DNA from: Escherichia phage JLBYU40
Strand: one strand, 5' to 3'
DNA length: 64,000 nt
Sequence record: NC_105514.1
Shown piece after piece: positions 34,469 to 44,708 of the stretch (within the stretch, counting starts at the first letter, position 1; each line of letters starts with the position of its first letter). The notes under the pieces are model-generated. The model worked only from the letters and a program-made list of their open reading frames with translations, did no database searches and had not been told where the DNA came from. The position numbers and the translations under genes are program-made.

Positions 34469-35251
34469 TTGATGAAAATCGAAATTCCAACACAATGTCC
34501 CTCTTGTGGTTCTAAGCTAGATCTTGTCAACGGACAATTATTCTGTCGTAATAAGTCCAACTGTCCAGCGCAATCAAGTAAGTTAATTGAGAACTTCTGT
34601 ACAAAAATGAAGTTAAAGGGCTTTGGCCCGAAAACTATTGAGAAGCTGGAGCTGACGAAGATTTCAGAACTATTTTACCTAGCCGAAGAAGCTTTGGTTA
34701 GAGCCGTGGGTAGCAAGGTTGCCGCTAAGTTAATTAGCGAATTAAATACTAAAGTTCGCGGAGACATTGACTTTGGTTCAGTTCTCGGTTCTTTAGGAAT
34801 CCCTCTAATTGGAGAGGTTGCAGCAAAGAAATTATCCCAAAATTGCACCAGTTTTCACGATGTGAAGGCTGATGGCAAAGCTGGAGAAAACTATAAAGCC
34901 TGGCTAAATTCCCCACAAGGCAAGGATGTTATCGAATTACCGTGGAAATTCACAACTGGTATTAAAGGTGCTAAAACTGAGGTCATCATCACTGATGGTC
35001 TAGTAGCCCAACCAAATGGAATCACGGTGTGTATTACCGGATCTTTGCAAGATTTTGCAAATCGAACGGATGCAACAAACTATTTAGAAGGTCTAGGATA
35101 TACGGTTAAGAAATCCGTTACCAAAGATGTCAAATACCTAATCTGTGAGGATGAATCAAAACGTTCTTCCTCATCTTATAAGAAAGCCGAAACGAATGGG
35201 ATAGAAATCCTGTCGATTAAAGAACTATTGGAGAAAAATAATAATGTCTAA
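34469..35251 (+). CDS. NAD-dependent DNA ligase, C-terminal part (Zn-finger / HhH / BRCT-like)
   Basis: CPSCGSKL...CRNKSNCPAQ zinc-finger pattern and HhH-like GFGPKTIEKL. Confidence 0.7.
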   Translation: MMKIEIPTQCPSCGSKLDLVNGQLFCRNKSNCPAQSSKLIENFCTKMKLKGFGPKTIEKLELTKISELFYLAEEALVRAVGSKVAAKLISELNTKVRGDIDFGSVLGSLGIPLIGEVAAKKLSQNCTSFHDVKADGKAGENYKAWLNSPQGKDVIELPWKFTTGIKGAKTEVIITDGLVAQPNGITVCITGSLQDFANRTDATNYLEGLGYTVKKSVTKDVKYLICEDESKRSSSSYKKAETNGIEILSIKELLEKNNNV

Positions 35252-36011
35252 ACTGAACTGGAACGTAGAAGGTGTAACCGAGTCTCTGAAAGCAAAAGCC
35301 ACTGCTCTGGGTGTTGCTGTAATCTCTCAAGAACAAGTAGCTGCTATTGCTGCTGAACTGGCTGCTGAAACTGGCAAAGATGTTACTGCTCGCTCTGTTG
35401 GCTCTAAACTGCGTAAAGAAGGTTTCGAAGTACAGAAAGCTAACGAAGTACAGAAATCTCCGTGGACTCCTGAGCAGGAAGCTGAACTGGTTGATTTCCT
35501 GAACGCTCATGCTGGTCAGTATACTTATGCTGAAATCGCTGCTGCTGTAGCTGGTGGTCAATTTGGTGCTAAGCAGGTACAGGGTAAGATTCTGAGTCTG
35601 GAAATGACCGCTTCTGTTAAACCAACCGAAAAAGCTGCTGCTGTTCGTTCCTTCACTCCGGATGAAGAAACTGATTTTGTTAATCAGGTTGTTGCTGGTG
35701 CTACTATTGAAGCTATCGCTGCTCACTTCGGTCGTAATATCAAGCAGATCCGCGGTAAAGCTCTGAGCCTGCTTCGTGAAGGTCGTATCGCCGCTATGCC
35801 GGTACAGGAAACCTCAAGTGCTAAAACTCGTGAAGATCTGTTAGAAGGTCTGGATCTGGTTAACATGACTGTTGCTGAGATCGCTGAGAAAACTGGTAAA
35901 TCTGAGCGCGGTGTTAAATCTATGCTGTCTCGTCGTGGTCTGGTTGCTAAGGACTATGATGGTGCCGCTAAGCGTGCTAAACTGGATGCAAAAGCTGCGG
36001 CTGCTGAATAA
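35244..36011 (+). CDS. putative abundant DNA-binding protein with three internal repeats
   Basis: Three about 55-aa repeats each ending in an HTH-like segment; codons skewed to highly expressed usage. Confidence 0.5.
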   Translation: MSKLNWNVEGVTESLKAKATALGVAVISQEQVAAIAAELAAETGKDVTARSVGSKLRKEGFEVQKANEVQKSPWTPEQEAELVDFLNAHAGQYTYAEIAAAVAGGQFGAKQVQGKILSLEMTASVKPTEKAAAVRSFTPDEETDFVNQVVAGATIEAIAAHFGRNIKQIRGKALSLLREGRIAAMPVQETSSAKTREDLLEGLDLVNMTVAEIAEKTGKSERGVKSMLSRRGLVAKDYDGAAKRAKLDAKAAAAE

Positions 36012-36028
36012 TCTGGTAAATTAAACCT

Positions 36029-36060
36029 AAGGGGAGGGGGCTATGCTCCTTCCCCTTTTT
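36029..36060 (+). terminator. rho-independent terminator
   Basis: GGGGAGG...CCTTCCCC hairpin then TTTTT. Confidence 0.55.
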
Positions 36061-36093
36061 GCATTTAGAAGGCACGAAAGCGTGCAAAGGAGA

Positions 36094-37566
36094 ATGACCT
36101 TGTTTAACGTGCAAGCTGTAGTGTTGAAGATGCTTCTAGCTTCCGAACAGAAGCAAATAGCATTGGAAACATTCTCAAAACTGCATAAAGATCATTTTAA
36201 TGACGCTTTCTCCTCAATTTACCAAGCCGTCCAGAATTATTATAAAAAATATAACACAATGCCGTCCATTGATGCACTGATGCTTGAGGCTAATAGGAAC
36301 GCCCGCCTTTCTCAAGCTCTAGTCGTTTTAGCTAACACTCAAATTCCAGAAGTTAGCATGGAACAGGCACTTGAAGTCCTAGAGGCCGAGTATACACAGG
36401 ATTTATTCCTGAAGCTTCTAGAAACAGACGTGCTTCAAGATTTAACAATGCTGGATCAGGGAGAAATTCTTAACCGAGTTGCCTCCCTTCACTTAAAATT
36501 AGAAGAGAAAGTAACGAATACTGGAAAAGTATTCAACGCAGATAACATGCGTATTTTCCAGAGAGAAGAAGATACCAAACTGAACTTAATCGCTCTTGGT
36601 ATTTGTAATGAGTTCGACGCTCAAATTGGTTTAGCTCGCACAGAAACGTTACTGCTTGGTGGTTGGCGTGGTACTGGTAAATCCATTATCTGTTCAAACA
36701 TACAGGTTCAGCAATATTTGAATGGGGATATTGCTCCATACTTCTCAATTGAGATGAAAGAACATGAAGTATTTAGACGTAATCTAGCCATGTTAGCCGG
36801 TGTATCAGCACTAGCAATGCGTAATAATACTCTAGAAGGTGCAGCTCTGTTGAGATTAGCCAGAACTAGAGCTAGGATGTTTAATGGTGGTGAAGAGCTT
36901 TTCGATAACTTCGTTAAACAGTACACAATGGCTAAGATGAGTGATTTCTACGATATGGAAAGTAAGCTAATAGAAGGATATGAGCTACATACTCCTATGA
37001 TTATTGTTTATGATCCTGAGCTGTCTATTACAACAGTTGACGTAGAATTAAATAAATTAGTTGCTAGATATGGGGATAAAGTTACAGTAGCTTTACTGGA
37101 CTATATTAACCAAACCCGACTTCCAGACTCTAAAACCATTGATATGTATGACTGGAAAGAACAGATGGTTGTTAGCTCGTCTTTCAAATCTATCTGCCAG
37201 AAACATAACGTGGCTGGTGTAGCCCCTTACCAGATTGATCAAGATGGTAGAACACGTATGTCAAAGGGGATTCTTGATTCCGCAGACATGGCTGCTAATC
37301 TTAATGCTGCAAAAGCTGATAATGGTCAAGGTGCTATTATGTTTGACTTCGTTAAGACTCGTTCTTCTGATAGCGTGAAGTTTATGCCTAAAATGAACTG
37401 GGAAACCCTACGGATGGATAACACTACCAACCTAGCAATGGAAGATATATCTCAAATGGAAGCTGAGTTCGTTATCCCTATTGAGAAGGATAAGCCGGCT
37501 CAATCTAAACGTGCTAAGAAAGACAAAGCTGAAAATTCAACGGGTGAACAGGCCAGCGATATATGA
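36094..37566 (+). CDS. DnaB-like replicative helicase (RecA-fold ATPase)
   Basis: Start MTLFNV after SD AAAGGAGA; Walker A GGWRGTGKS, DnaB-like C-terminal domain. Confidence 0.65.
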   Translation: MTLFNVQAVVLKMLLASEQKQIALETFSKLHKDHFNDAFSSIYQAVQNYYKKYNTMPSIDALMLEANRNARLSQALVVLANTQIPEVSMEQALEVLEAEYTQDLFLKLLETDVLQDLTMLDQGEILNRVASLHLKLEEKVTNTGKVFNADNMRIFQREEDTKLNLIALGICNEFDAQIGLARTETLLLGGWRGTGKSIICSNIQVQQYLNGDIAPYFSIEMKEHEVFRRNLAMLAGVSALAMRNNTLEGAALLRLARTRARMFNGGEELFDNFVKQYTMAKMSDFYDMESKLIEGYELHTPMIIVYDPELSITTVDVELNKLVARYGDKVTVALLDYINQTRLPDSKTIDMYDWKEQMVVSSSFKSICQKHNVAGVAPYQIDQDGRTRMSKGILDSADMAANLNAAKADNGQGAIMFDFVKTRSSDSVKFMPKMNWETLRMDNTTNLAMEDISQMEAEFVIPIEKDKPAQSKRAKKDKAENSTGEQASDI

Positions 37567-38453
37567 GTAGAATAACAGAACTACTTGATCTGAAAGGCAT
37601 TGAATATAAAGACACAGGTGGGGACATCCTCATCTGTTGTCTCAATCCAGATCATGACGATAAACACCCAAGTTTGCGTATTGACCCTGAAACAGGTATT
37701 ATGCACTGCTTGAGTTGTGGCTTCGGTAAAGGTATACCGAGCATTTACCACTATTTTAATGAGACTCAGTACCGACAGTCCCCAAGGCTATCGCAAGTAC
37801 GTAAAAAGATTTCAGAGATTAGGAATGGATCAACGAATCTTGCAATTCCTGAATCTGCTTGCCTTTTCGAAGGTGATTTCCGAGGTATAAGTTCTAAGAC
37901 CTTGAAGAAATATTTTGCTTTCCAACACCAAGCAGACTGGGAAGGCAGAATTGTATTCCCAATCACAGATGCTGTTGGACGCAATATCCTATTTTTGGGT
38001 CGTTCTATAAACAGTTCTGCCCCTCCTAAATACTTAGTAAAACCAAAACAAGTTTCACCGCCAATTTTTCCTGTACGATATAATACTCCAGTCCTTATTC
38101 TAGTTGAAGGCATCTTTGATATGCTGAACCTAGAGGATAATGGTATAGACTATGCTTCTTGCTGCTTTGGTACACATCAGTTTACTTCGGATAACATTGC
38201 AGATAAGTTCAGTCCTTATATTATTGCCGGTGTAAAAGTTGTTGTTATCTTACTAGATAATGATGCTTCTGGTAATAAAGCTGCACAAGCATTGGCCAAG
38301 CTAATTCGTACAAAAACGCGTTTAACACCTATAGTTGCTAACTTTCTTCTGCCTGAAGGTAAAGACCCTGGTGACTTAAATAAAGAAGAGATTGATATGT
38401 TAGCAAAACGTATTGAAATTTTAGTTGCTGAATCGCTTAAAGATTTGGTATAA
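37563..38453 (+). CDS. DNA primase (DnaG-like: CHC2 zinc finger plus Toprim)
   Basis: Zn-finger CCLNPDHDDKHPSLRIDPETGIMHCLSCG; Toprim EGIFD...LLDNDASG. Confidence 0.8.
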   Translation: MSRITELLDLKGIEYKDTGGDILICCLNPDHDDKHPSLRIDPETGIMHCLSCGFGKGIPSIYHYFNETQYRQSPRLSQVRKKISEIRNGSTNLAIPESACLFEGDFRGISSKTLKKYFAFQHQADWEGRIVFPITDAVGRNILFLGRSINSSAPPKYLVKPKQVSPPIFPVRYNTPVLILVEGIFDMLNLEDNGIDYASCCFGTHQFTSDNIADKFSPYIIAGVKVVVILLDNDASGNKAAQALAKLIRTKTRLTPIVANFLLPEGKDPGDLNKEEIDMLAKRIEILVAESLKDLV

Positions 38454-38454
38454 T
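38425..38454 (+). promoter_or_regulatory. sigma70-type promoter with extended -10 (TTGCTG, 18 bp, TGgTATAAT)
   Basis: Lies within the 3' end of the primase gene, upstream of the polymerase start. Confidence 0.45.
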
Positions 38455-38515
38455 ATATTGGTAAGTTAGAGAAGAAACACTGAAGTTATACTTGCTTACC
38501 AAGAGGAGATTAAAT

Positions 38516-41083
38516 TTGAAAATCGCAGTAGTTGATAAAGCTCTAAATAACACTCGTTATGATAAACATTTCCAGTTATACGGCGAGGAAGTTGATGTAT
38601 TCCATATGTGTAACGAGAAGTTGTCCGGTCGTTTGCTCAAAAAGCATATTACTATCGGGACTCCGGAAAACCCATTTGACCCGAATGATTATGATTTTGT
38701 TATACTAGTAGGTGCTGAACCTTTCCTGTACTTCGCAGGTAAGAAAGGCATTGGTGACTATACTGGTAAACGTGTAGAGTATAATGGATATGCTAACTGG
38801 ATTGCGAGTATCAGCCCAGCCCAGTTACACTTTAAGCCTGAAATGAAACCAGTTTTTGATGCAACAGTAGAGAATATCCACGATATTATCAATGGTCGTG
38901 AGAAGATTGCAAAAGCTGGTGATTACCGTCCTATTACTGACCCTGACGAGGCGGAAGAATATATCAAGATGGTGTATAGTATGGTTATCGGACCTGTCGC
39001 ATTCGACTCCGAAACCTCAGCATTATACTGTCGAGATGGTTATCTGCTTGGTGTTTCTATATCTCACCAAGAGTATCAGGGTGTGTATATTGATTCTGAT
39101 TGTCTCACAGAGGTTGCAGTATATTATCTCCAGAAAATTCTGGATAGTGAAAACCACACTATTGTTTTTCACAACTTGAAGTTTGATATGCACTTTTATA
39201 AGTACCATCTGGGACTTACATTTGATAAAGCACATAAAGAACGCAGGCTCCATGATACCATGTTGCAGCATTATGTTCTAGATGAGCGTCGTGGTACTCA
39301 TGGCTTGAAATCTCTAGCAATGAAGTACACCGATATGGGTGACTATGACTTTGAACTAGATAAGTTCAAGGATGATTACTGCAAAGCACATAAAATCAAG
39401 AAAGAAGATTTCACCTATGATTTAATTCCGTTTGATATTATGTGGCCTTACGCTGCAAAAGATACCGATGCTACCATACGTTTACACAACTTCTTCTTAC
39501 CAAAAATTGAGAAGAATGAAAAACTTTGCAGTCTGTATTATGATGTCCTAATGCCTGGTTGTGTATTTCTCCAGCGTGTTGAGGATCGTGGTGTACCAAT
39601 TTCTATTGATCGCTTGAAAGAAGCACAGTACCAGTTAACTCATAATCTGAATAAAGCTCGTGAGAAGCTGTATACTTATCCAGAAGTAGTTCAGCTAGAG
39701 AAAGATCAGAATGAAGCATTTAATCCTAACTCTGTTAAGCAGCTACGTGTTCTTCTATTTGATTATGTTGGCTTAACTCCAACAGGTAAATTGACGGATA
39801 CTGGAGCAGACTCTACAGATGCAGAAGCTCTGAATGAACTGGCTACGCAGCATCCAATTGCTAAAACTCTGCTAGAGATTCGTAAGCTGACTAAGCTGAT
39901 CTCTACTTACGTTGAGAAAATTCTTCTGAGCATTGATGCTGATGGTTGCATTCGTACTGGCTTCCACGAACACATGACTACTTCTGGTCGTCTGAGTTCT
40001 TCTGGTAAGCTGAACCTGCAACAGTTACCTCGTGATGAATCTATTATCAAGGGTTGTGTAGTAGCTCCTCCTGGGTATCGTGTAATCGCATGGGACTTAA
40101 CAACTGCGGAAGTTTATTATGCTGCTGTTCTATCTGGTGATAGAAATATGCAACAGGTATTTATCAACATGAGAAATGAACCTGATAAATACCCTGACTT
40201 CCACTCTAACATCGCACACATGGTATTTAAGCTCCAATGCGAACCTCGTGATGTTAAAAAGTTATTCCCAGCTCTGCGTCAAGCAGCTAAAGCAATTACC
40301 TTTGGTATTTTGTATGGTTCTGGCCCAGCTAAAGTAGCTCATTCTGTTAACGAAGCTCTTCTGGAGCAGGCTACTAAGACAGGCGAACCGTTTGTAGAGT
40401 GTACTGTTGCAGATGCTAAAGAGTACATTGAAACTTACTTCGGTCAGTTCCCGCAGCTTAAGCGTTGGATTGATAAGTGCCACGATCAGATCAAGAATCA
40501 TGGATTTATCTATAGTCACTTTGGTCGTAAACGTCGTCTGCATAATATCCACTCCGAAGACCGTGGTGTTCAGGGTGAAGAAATCCGTTCTGGATTTAAC
40601 GCAATCATTCAGTCTGCTTCTTCTGATAGCCTCCTTTTAGGTGCGGTAGATGCAGATAATGAGATCATTTCTCTTGGCCTAGAACAAGAGATGAAGATTG
40701 TTATGCTAGTTCACGACTCCGTAGTTGCTATTGTTCGTGAAGACTTGATTGATCAATACAATGAAATCCTGATTCGTAATATTCAGAAAGACCGTGGTAT
40801 CAGTATTCCTGGCTGTCCGATTGGTATTGATTCAGATTCTGAAGCTGGAGGTTCTCGTGACTATTCTTGTGGTAAGATGAAGAAACAGCACCCATCAATC
40901 GCTTGTATTGATGATGATGAATATACTCGTTATGTCAAGGGTGTATTACTTGATGCAGAGTTCGAGTATAAGAAACTAGCTGCAATGGATAAAGAGCATC
41001 CAGATCATAGCAAATACAAGGATGATAAGTTTATTGCTGTATGTAAAGATCTGGATAACGTGAAAAGGATTCTCGGTGCTTAA
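38516..41083 (+). CDS. DNA polymerase, family A with 3'-5' exonuclease domain
   Basis: TTG start after SD AAGAGGAG gives 855 aa; exo motifs near VAFDSETS; polymerase motifs ...KAITFGILYGSG and LVHDSV. Confidence 0.9.
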   Translation: MKIAVVDKALNNTRYDKHFQLYGEEVDVFHMCNEKLSGRLLKKHITIGTPENPFDPNDYDFVILVGAEPFLYFAGKKGIGDYTGKRVEYNGYANWIASISPAQLHFKPEMKPVFDATVENIHDIINGREKIAKAGDYRPITDPDEAEEYIKMVYSMVIGPVAFDSETSALYCRDGYLLGVSISHQEYQGVYIDSDCLTEVAVYYLQKILDSENHTIVFHNLKFDMHFYKYHLGLTFDKAHKERRLHDTMLQHYVLDERRGTHGLKSLAMKYTDMGDYDFELDKFKDDYCKAHKIKKEDFTYDLIPFDIMWPYAAKDTDATIRLHNFFLPKIEKNEKLCSLYYDVLMPGCVFLQRVEDRGVPISIDRLKEAQYQLTHNLNKAREKLYTYPEVVQLEKDQNEAFNPNSVKQLRVLLFDYVGLTPTGKLTDTGADSTDAEALNELATQHPIAKTLLEIRKLTKLISTYVEKILLSIDADGCIRTGFHEHMTTSGRLSSSGKLNLQQLPRDESIIKGCVVAPPGYRVIAWDLTTAEVYYAAVLSGDRNMQQVFINMRNEPDKYPDFHSNIAHMVFKLQCEPRDVKKLFPALRQAAKAITFGILYGSGPAKVAHSVNEALLEQATKTGEPFVECTVADAKEYIETYFGQFPQLKRWIDKCHDQIKNHGFIYSHFGRKRRLHNIHSEDRGVQGEEIRSGFNAIIQSASSDSLLLGAVDADNEIISLGLEQEMKIVMLVHDSVVAIVREDLIDQYNEILIRNIQKDRGISIPGCPIGIDSDSEAGGSRDYSCGKMKKQHPSIACIDDDEYTRYVKGVLLDAEFEYKKLAAMDKEHPDHSKYKDDKFIAVCKDLDNVKRILGA

Positions 41084-41573
41084 TTTCAAATTGCCCGTCT
41101 ATGCATTACGGGCGTTTGTATCAATTGAGCAAGAAGGTGATTATTCCGTAATTACAACAAGATATAATAAATATGTGCTAGATAACAGGAAGTTGTCTGG
41201 CACGTTTTCTCAACGTAGGCTTATTCTATTTGAGAAACGGAAAGAATTACCATACAAGCTCTATCCTATTAGGGGTAGAATATCAATGTTGTCTCAATTA
41301 GTTGGGTCAAAGCGTAACCAATTTATAGATTCTGATGGAAATCTTATTAATTGGAAGAAAACTACGTTCTATGATGTTGTCACCTCTAAAGTTTTGCATT
41401 CAGCTAGAATTTATAATGGAAAATACCAATGCTATGTGGCTAAAGTTCCTTATCCATTTGTATTATCCTATGTTCCAGCTTATATAAGCTATATTCTGGT
41501 AAATAATAGCCCTGTTATTTATCAAGTCCATCAAGAGGAGCCTGAAATTCCTAGACTTAGAATAAAATTATGA
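41076..41573 (+). CDS. hypothetical protein (start uncertain)
   Basis: ORF track; GTG start overlaps polymerase stop. Confidence 0.35.
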   Translation: MLNFKLPVYALRAFVSIEQEGDYSVITTRYNKYVLDNRKLSGTFSQRRLILFEKRKELPYKLYPIRGRISMLSQLVGSKRNQFIDSDGNLINWKKTTFYDVVTSKVLHSARIYNGKYQCYVAKVPYPFVLSYVPAYISYILVNNSPVIYQVHQEEPEIPRLRIKL

Positions 41574-42922
41574 AGGTTGTTATATCTAATAAAGCCTATT
41601 TCAAGCCCGATGATGAACTTTGGGATTATTGTAGTAAGCAAACCACTTATCACATAGAGACAATGACTAGTAAATACCCTATTATGTATAAGAATAGTGG
41701 TGTTGTTGCCAAAGAGATTAAGTGGATTCCTATTACGCGTCTGGACTTACTGGATGCTAAAGGAGTAAAATACGAATTAGTCGATAAACGCACATTAGCT
41801 CCGGTAGATATACCAAAACCTAAGTTCAAGCTGCGTGAAGAAGATCAACTTCCAATATACGAAGAATGCGATGATACATGTATTATTAATGGTAAGCCTG
41901 GATTTGGTAAAACTATCCTAGCCCTTGCACTTGCGTATAAATTTGGCCAGAAAACGTTGGTAATCTGTACGAATACATCCATTCGTGAAATGTGGGCAGC
42001 GGAAGTTCGTAAATGGTTTGGGTTTGAACCAGGCATCATAGGTTCTGGGAAATACAATATTGATCCACCAATTGTAGTCAGTAATATTCAAACAGTGAAT
42101 AAACATGCAAATACTCTTTCTAAGGTATTCGGTACTGTTATAGTTGATGAAGTTCACCATTGTGTGGCTACAACTTTCACTAATTTCCTAGAAATATCAT
42201 GTGCTCGCTATAAAATTGGACTATCCGGTACACTAAAACGAAAAGATGGTTTACAAGTTATGTTCAAAGATTTCTTTGGATATAAGATATTTAGTCCACC
42301 GGTTAATAATACTGTTGCACCTACAATCCATAGGTACTCCGTGCCTGTTGAGCTATCAGGAAACCAAAACGTACCGTGGGCGTTACGTGCTAATGATGTA
42401 TACAATCATCCTGAATATCGAGAGACTATTATAAATCTAGCACATTTATACGTGAATATGGGGCATAAAGTACTCATTGTAAGCGATAGAACAGAGTTAA
42501 TCCAAACAGTACTAGAAGCTCTTGCACAGCGTGGTGTTACAACATATGAAATTATAGGGGCAACCCCCTTAGATGACCGATTAAAAATTCAGGAAGATAT
42601 AGCAAAAGGTGGGCCTTGTGTACTTGCAGCAGCTCAAAGTATCTTCTCTGAGGGTATTTCCCTTAATGAGCTATCTTGTTTAATAATGGGAAGCCTCATT
42701 AATAATGAATCTCTCATTGAACAGCTTGCAGGGCGTGTTCAACGTATTGTCGATGGTAAACTCGACCCCATTGTTGTAGATCTAATTATGAAAGGTGGCA
42801 CTGGACTAAGACAGGCTTCGGGACGTATGGCAGTATATCGTAACAACGGGTGGAAAACTATTACTATGACTCCGGAGAAAGCAGTTCAATTAGCTAAAAT
42901 TGCATTTGGCAACAGCTTATAA
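41570..42922 (+). CDS. SF2 DNA helicase (DEAH-like)
   Basis: Walker A NGKPGFGKT, Walker B IVDEVHH, helicase C-terminal motifs. Confidence 0.8.
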   Translation: MKVVISNKAYFKPDDELWDYCSKQTTYHIETMTSKYPIMYKNSGVVAKEIKWIPITRLDLLDAKGVKYELVDKRTLAPVDIPKPKFKLREEDQLPIYEECDDTCIINGKPGFGKTILALALAYKFGQKTLVICTNTSIREMWAAEVRKWFGFEPGIIGSGKYNIDPPIVVSNIQTVNKHANTLSKVFGTVIVDEVHHCVATTFTNFLEISCARYKIGLSGTLKRKDGLQVMFKDFFGYKIFSPPVNNTVAPTIHRYSVPVELSGNQNVPWALRANDVYNHPEYRETIINLAHLYVNMGHKVLIVSDRTELIQTVLEALAQRGVTTYEIIGATPLDDRLKIQEDIAKGGPCVLAAAQSIFSEGISLNELSCLIMGSLINNESLIEQLAGRVQRIVDGKLDPIVVDLIMKGGTGLRQASGRMAVYRNNGWKTITMTPEKAVQLAKIAFGNSL

Positions 42923-42934
42923 ATGATGTATAAT
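42906..42934 (+). promoter_or_regulatory. sigma70-type promoter (TTGGCA, 17 bp, TATAAT)
   Basis: ttggca 42906-42911, tataat 42929-42934. Confidence 0.45.
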
Positions 42935-43005
42935 ATATACATAAATTTGAGAGAGAAAGTTTCGGGTTGATAAGAAAGTCCGAAGCAGAAAAATAAAAAT
43001 TTTAG

Positions 43006-43035
43006 TTGCTAAATTCTCTCGAAATCTAGTATAAT
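43006..43035 (+). promoter_or_regulatory. sigma70-type promoter (TTGCTA, 18 bp, TATAAT)
   Basis: ttgcta 43006-43011, tataat 43030-43035. Confidence 0.5.
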
Positions 43036-43142
43036 ATATACATAAATTCGAGGAGAAAACAAAAATTAAATTCTTCGATTATGAAAAGCTATACTTACTA
43101 GCTAGAGGAAATTCCGACTTAATTATTAAGCTATTCAAAAGA

Positions 43143-43427
43143 ATGCTTACAGAGCCTGATGCTCACCAATTATTGGTCGGTTCCTCATTCATTTTGAATG
43201 AATCAACAATAGTTGATAATCCAAATAAATTGTCTAATAGACAACTGGCAGAATATCTAGGAATTTTAAGTCTACGAAATTATGCCGAATACAAGTTTAC
43301 AAACGATCCTAGTTTGGACATACAATATGTTCCAGTATGGATACCACGGTTAGTAATCGACACTAACCCACTAATCGCAATTAACAAATCGAAATTAATC
43401 TTTAAAGAGGAAATAAAATATGGCTAA
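43143..43427 (+). CDS. hypothetical protein (94 aa)
   Basis: ORF track. Confidence 0.4.
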   Translation: MLTEPDAHQLLVGSSFILNESTIVDNPNKLSNRQLAEYLGILSLRNYAEYKFTNDPSLDIQYVPVWIPRLVIDTNPLIAINKSKLIFKEEIKYG

Positions 43428-44193
43428 GTCTTGGGGCGAAACTACTGGCGGTTCTAACGATAAAATCGAATTCCTGAAGTTCAACAACGGTATCACTCGT
43501 GTTCGTATCGTTTCTGGTGTTCTTCCACGTTATGTCTATTGGCTGACTAATAAAGAGGGTAGCGTAGCTCCTTTCGAATGTCTCCGTTTTAACCGCGACA
43601 AAGAGAGCTTTGTTCGTGGTAAAGCTGATCCGGTTCATGAGATGGGCTTCTTTGAGAAAGAGCTGGATAAAGATGGTAATCGAGTTCCGCTGAAACCGAA
43701 GAAAAACTATATCGCTTTTGTTATCGACCGTTCTGATAACAAACTGAAAGTAATGGAAGTCAAAGCTACTATTCTGAAAGGCATCCAGTCTATCATGAAG
43801 CAGTTGAATCTGGCAACTCCGTTTGATATTGATATTTCTATTGAGAAAAAAGGCAAAGGTTTCGATACTGAGTATGATGTACAGCAGATTGCTGCTATGC
43901 AGTTCCAGATTAAGCTGCAAGATCCTAACAGTGCGGAATCTAAGCAATATGCTGCGGATGTAGATCTGATTGGTGAAGCTATGTGTGATGAAGATGGCGA
44001 CATCATTAAGTTCGAAAAAGTTCCTTCTCTGGAGCAAACATATCCGGTTCCTACCTATGAAGAGCAGAAAGAAGCAATTCAAGCCTTCATGGAAGGTCGT
44101 GAGAATAAAGATGATGATGCCAAATCTGGTAACAGCAATGCTGGTTCCCAGAAAGGTATTGACCAAGAAGCTGCAAGCGATCTGGACGACTAA
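43420..44193 (+). CDS. abundant acidic-tailed protein, possible ssDNA-binding protein
   Basis: Strong SD AAAGAGGAAA; optimal codon usage; acidic C-terminal tail ...DQEAASDLDD. Confidence 0.45.
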   Translation: MAKSWGETTGGSNDKIEFLKFNNGITRVRIVSGVLPRYVYWLTNKEGSVAPFECLRFNRDKESFVRGKADPVHEMGFFEKELDKDGNRVPLKPKKNYIAFVIDRSDNKLKVMEVKATILKGIQSIMKQLNLATPFDIDISIEKKGKGFDTEYDVQQIAAMQFQIKLQDPNSAESKQYAADVDLIGEAMCDEDGDIIKFEKVPSLEQTYPVPTYEEQKEAIQAFMEGRENKDDDAKSGNSNAGSQKGIDQEAASDLDD

Positions 44194-44199
44194 TAAATA

Positions 44200-44220
44200 G
44201 AGGGGCTTCGGCCCCTTTTC
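44200..44220 (+). terminator. rho-independent terminator with UUCG tetraloop
   Basis: GGGGC-TTCG-GCCCC followed by TTTTC. Confidence 0.65.
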
Positions 44221-44230
44221 TTATATCTTT

Positions 44231-44708
44231 ATGATTACACAAGATAGACTTAAAGAGCTATTGGACTATGATCCTCTAACTGGTGTATTTAGATGGAAAG
44301 TCTCAAGGGGAAGAGTATCAAAAGGCTCCATAGCAGGGACGGAAGTATGGGTATCTGATAACTATATCAGATTGGAAATCCGAATTGATGGTAAAAGGTA
44401 TAAAGCACATCAGCTAGCTTTCCTATATGTGTATGGATACATTCCAGAAGAAATCGACCATAAGGATAGGAATCCATTAAATAATGCCATAGATAATTTA
44501 CTAGACTCTTCTAAGTCACGCAATCAGTTGAAATAGAAACAGGAATAGTAATAAAGAATTACCAAAAGGTGTTTTCTTAAAACATTCAACTGGTAGGTAT
44601 TTTGTTCAAATTAAAGGTAAGCATTATGGATATACAGATTCCATACATGAAGCAGAGACTGTAGCAAATGCAGTATATGATAGTCTATTAAGTGAAAATA
44701 CTATTTAG
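44231..44708 (+). pseudogene. frameshifted HNH-AP2 homing endonuclease
   Basis: HNH part in one frame to TAG at 44534-44536; AP2-like part (...LPKGVFLKHSTGRYFVQIKGKHYGYTDSIHEAE...) continues in another frame from about 44532 to TAG 44706-44708 without a start codon. Confidence 0.5.
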
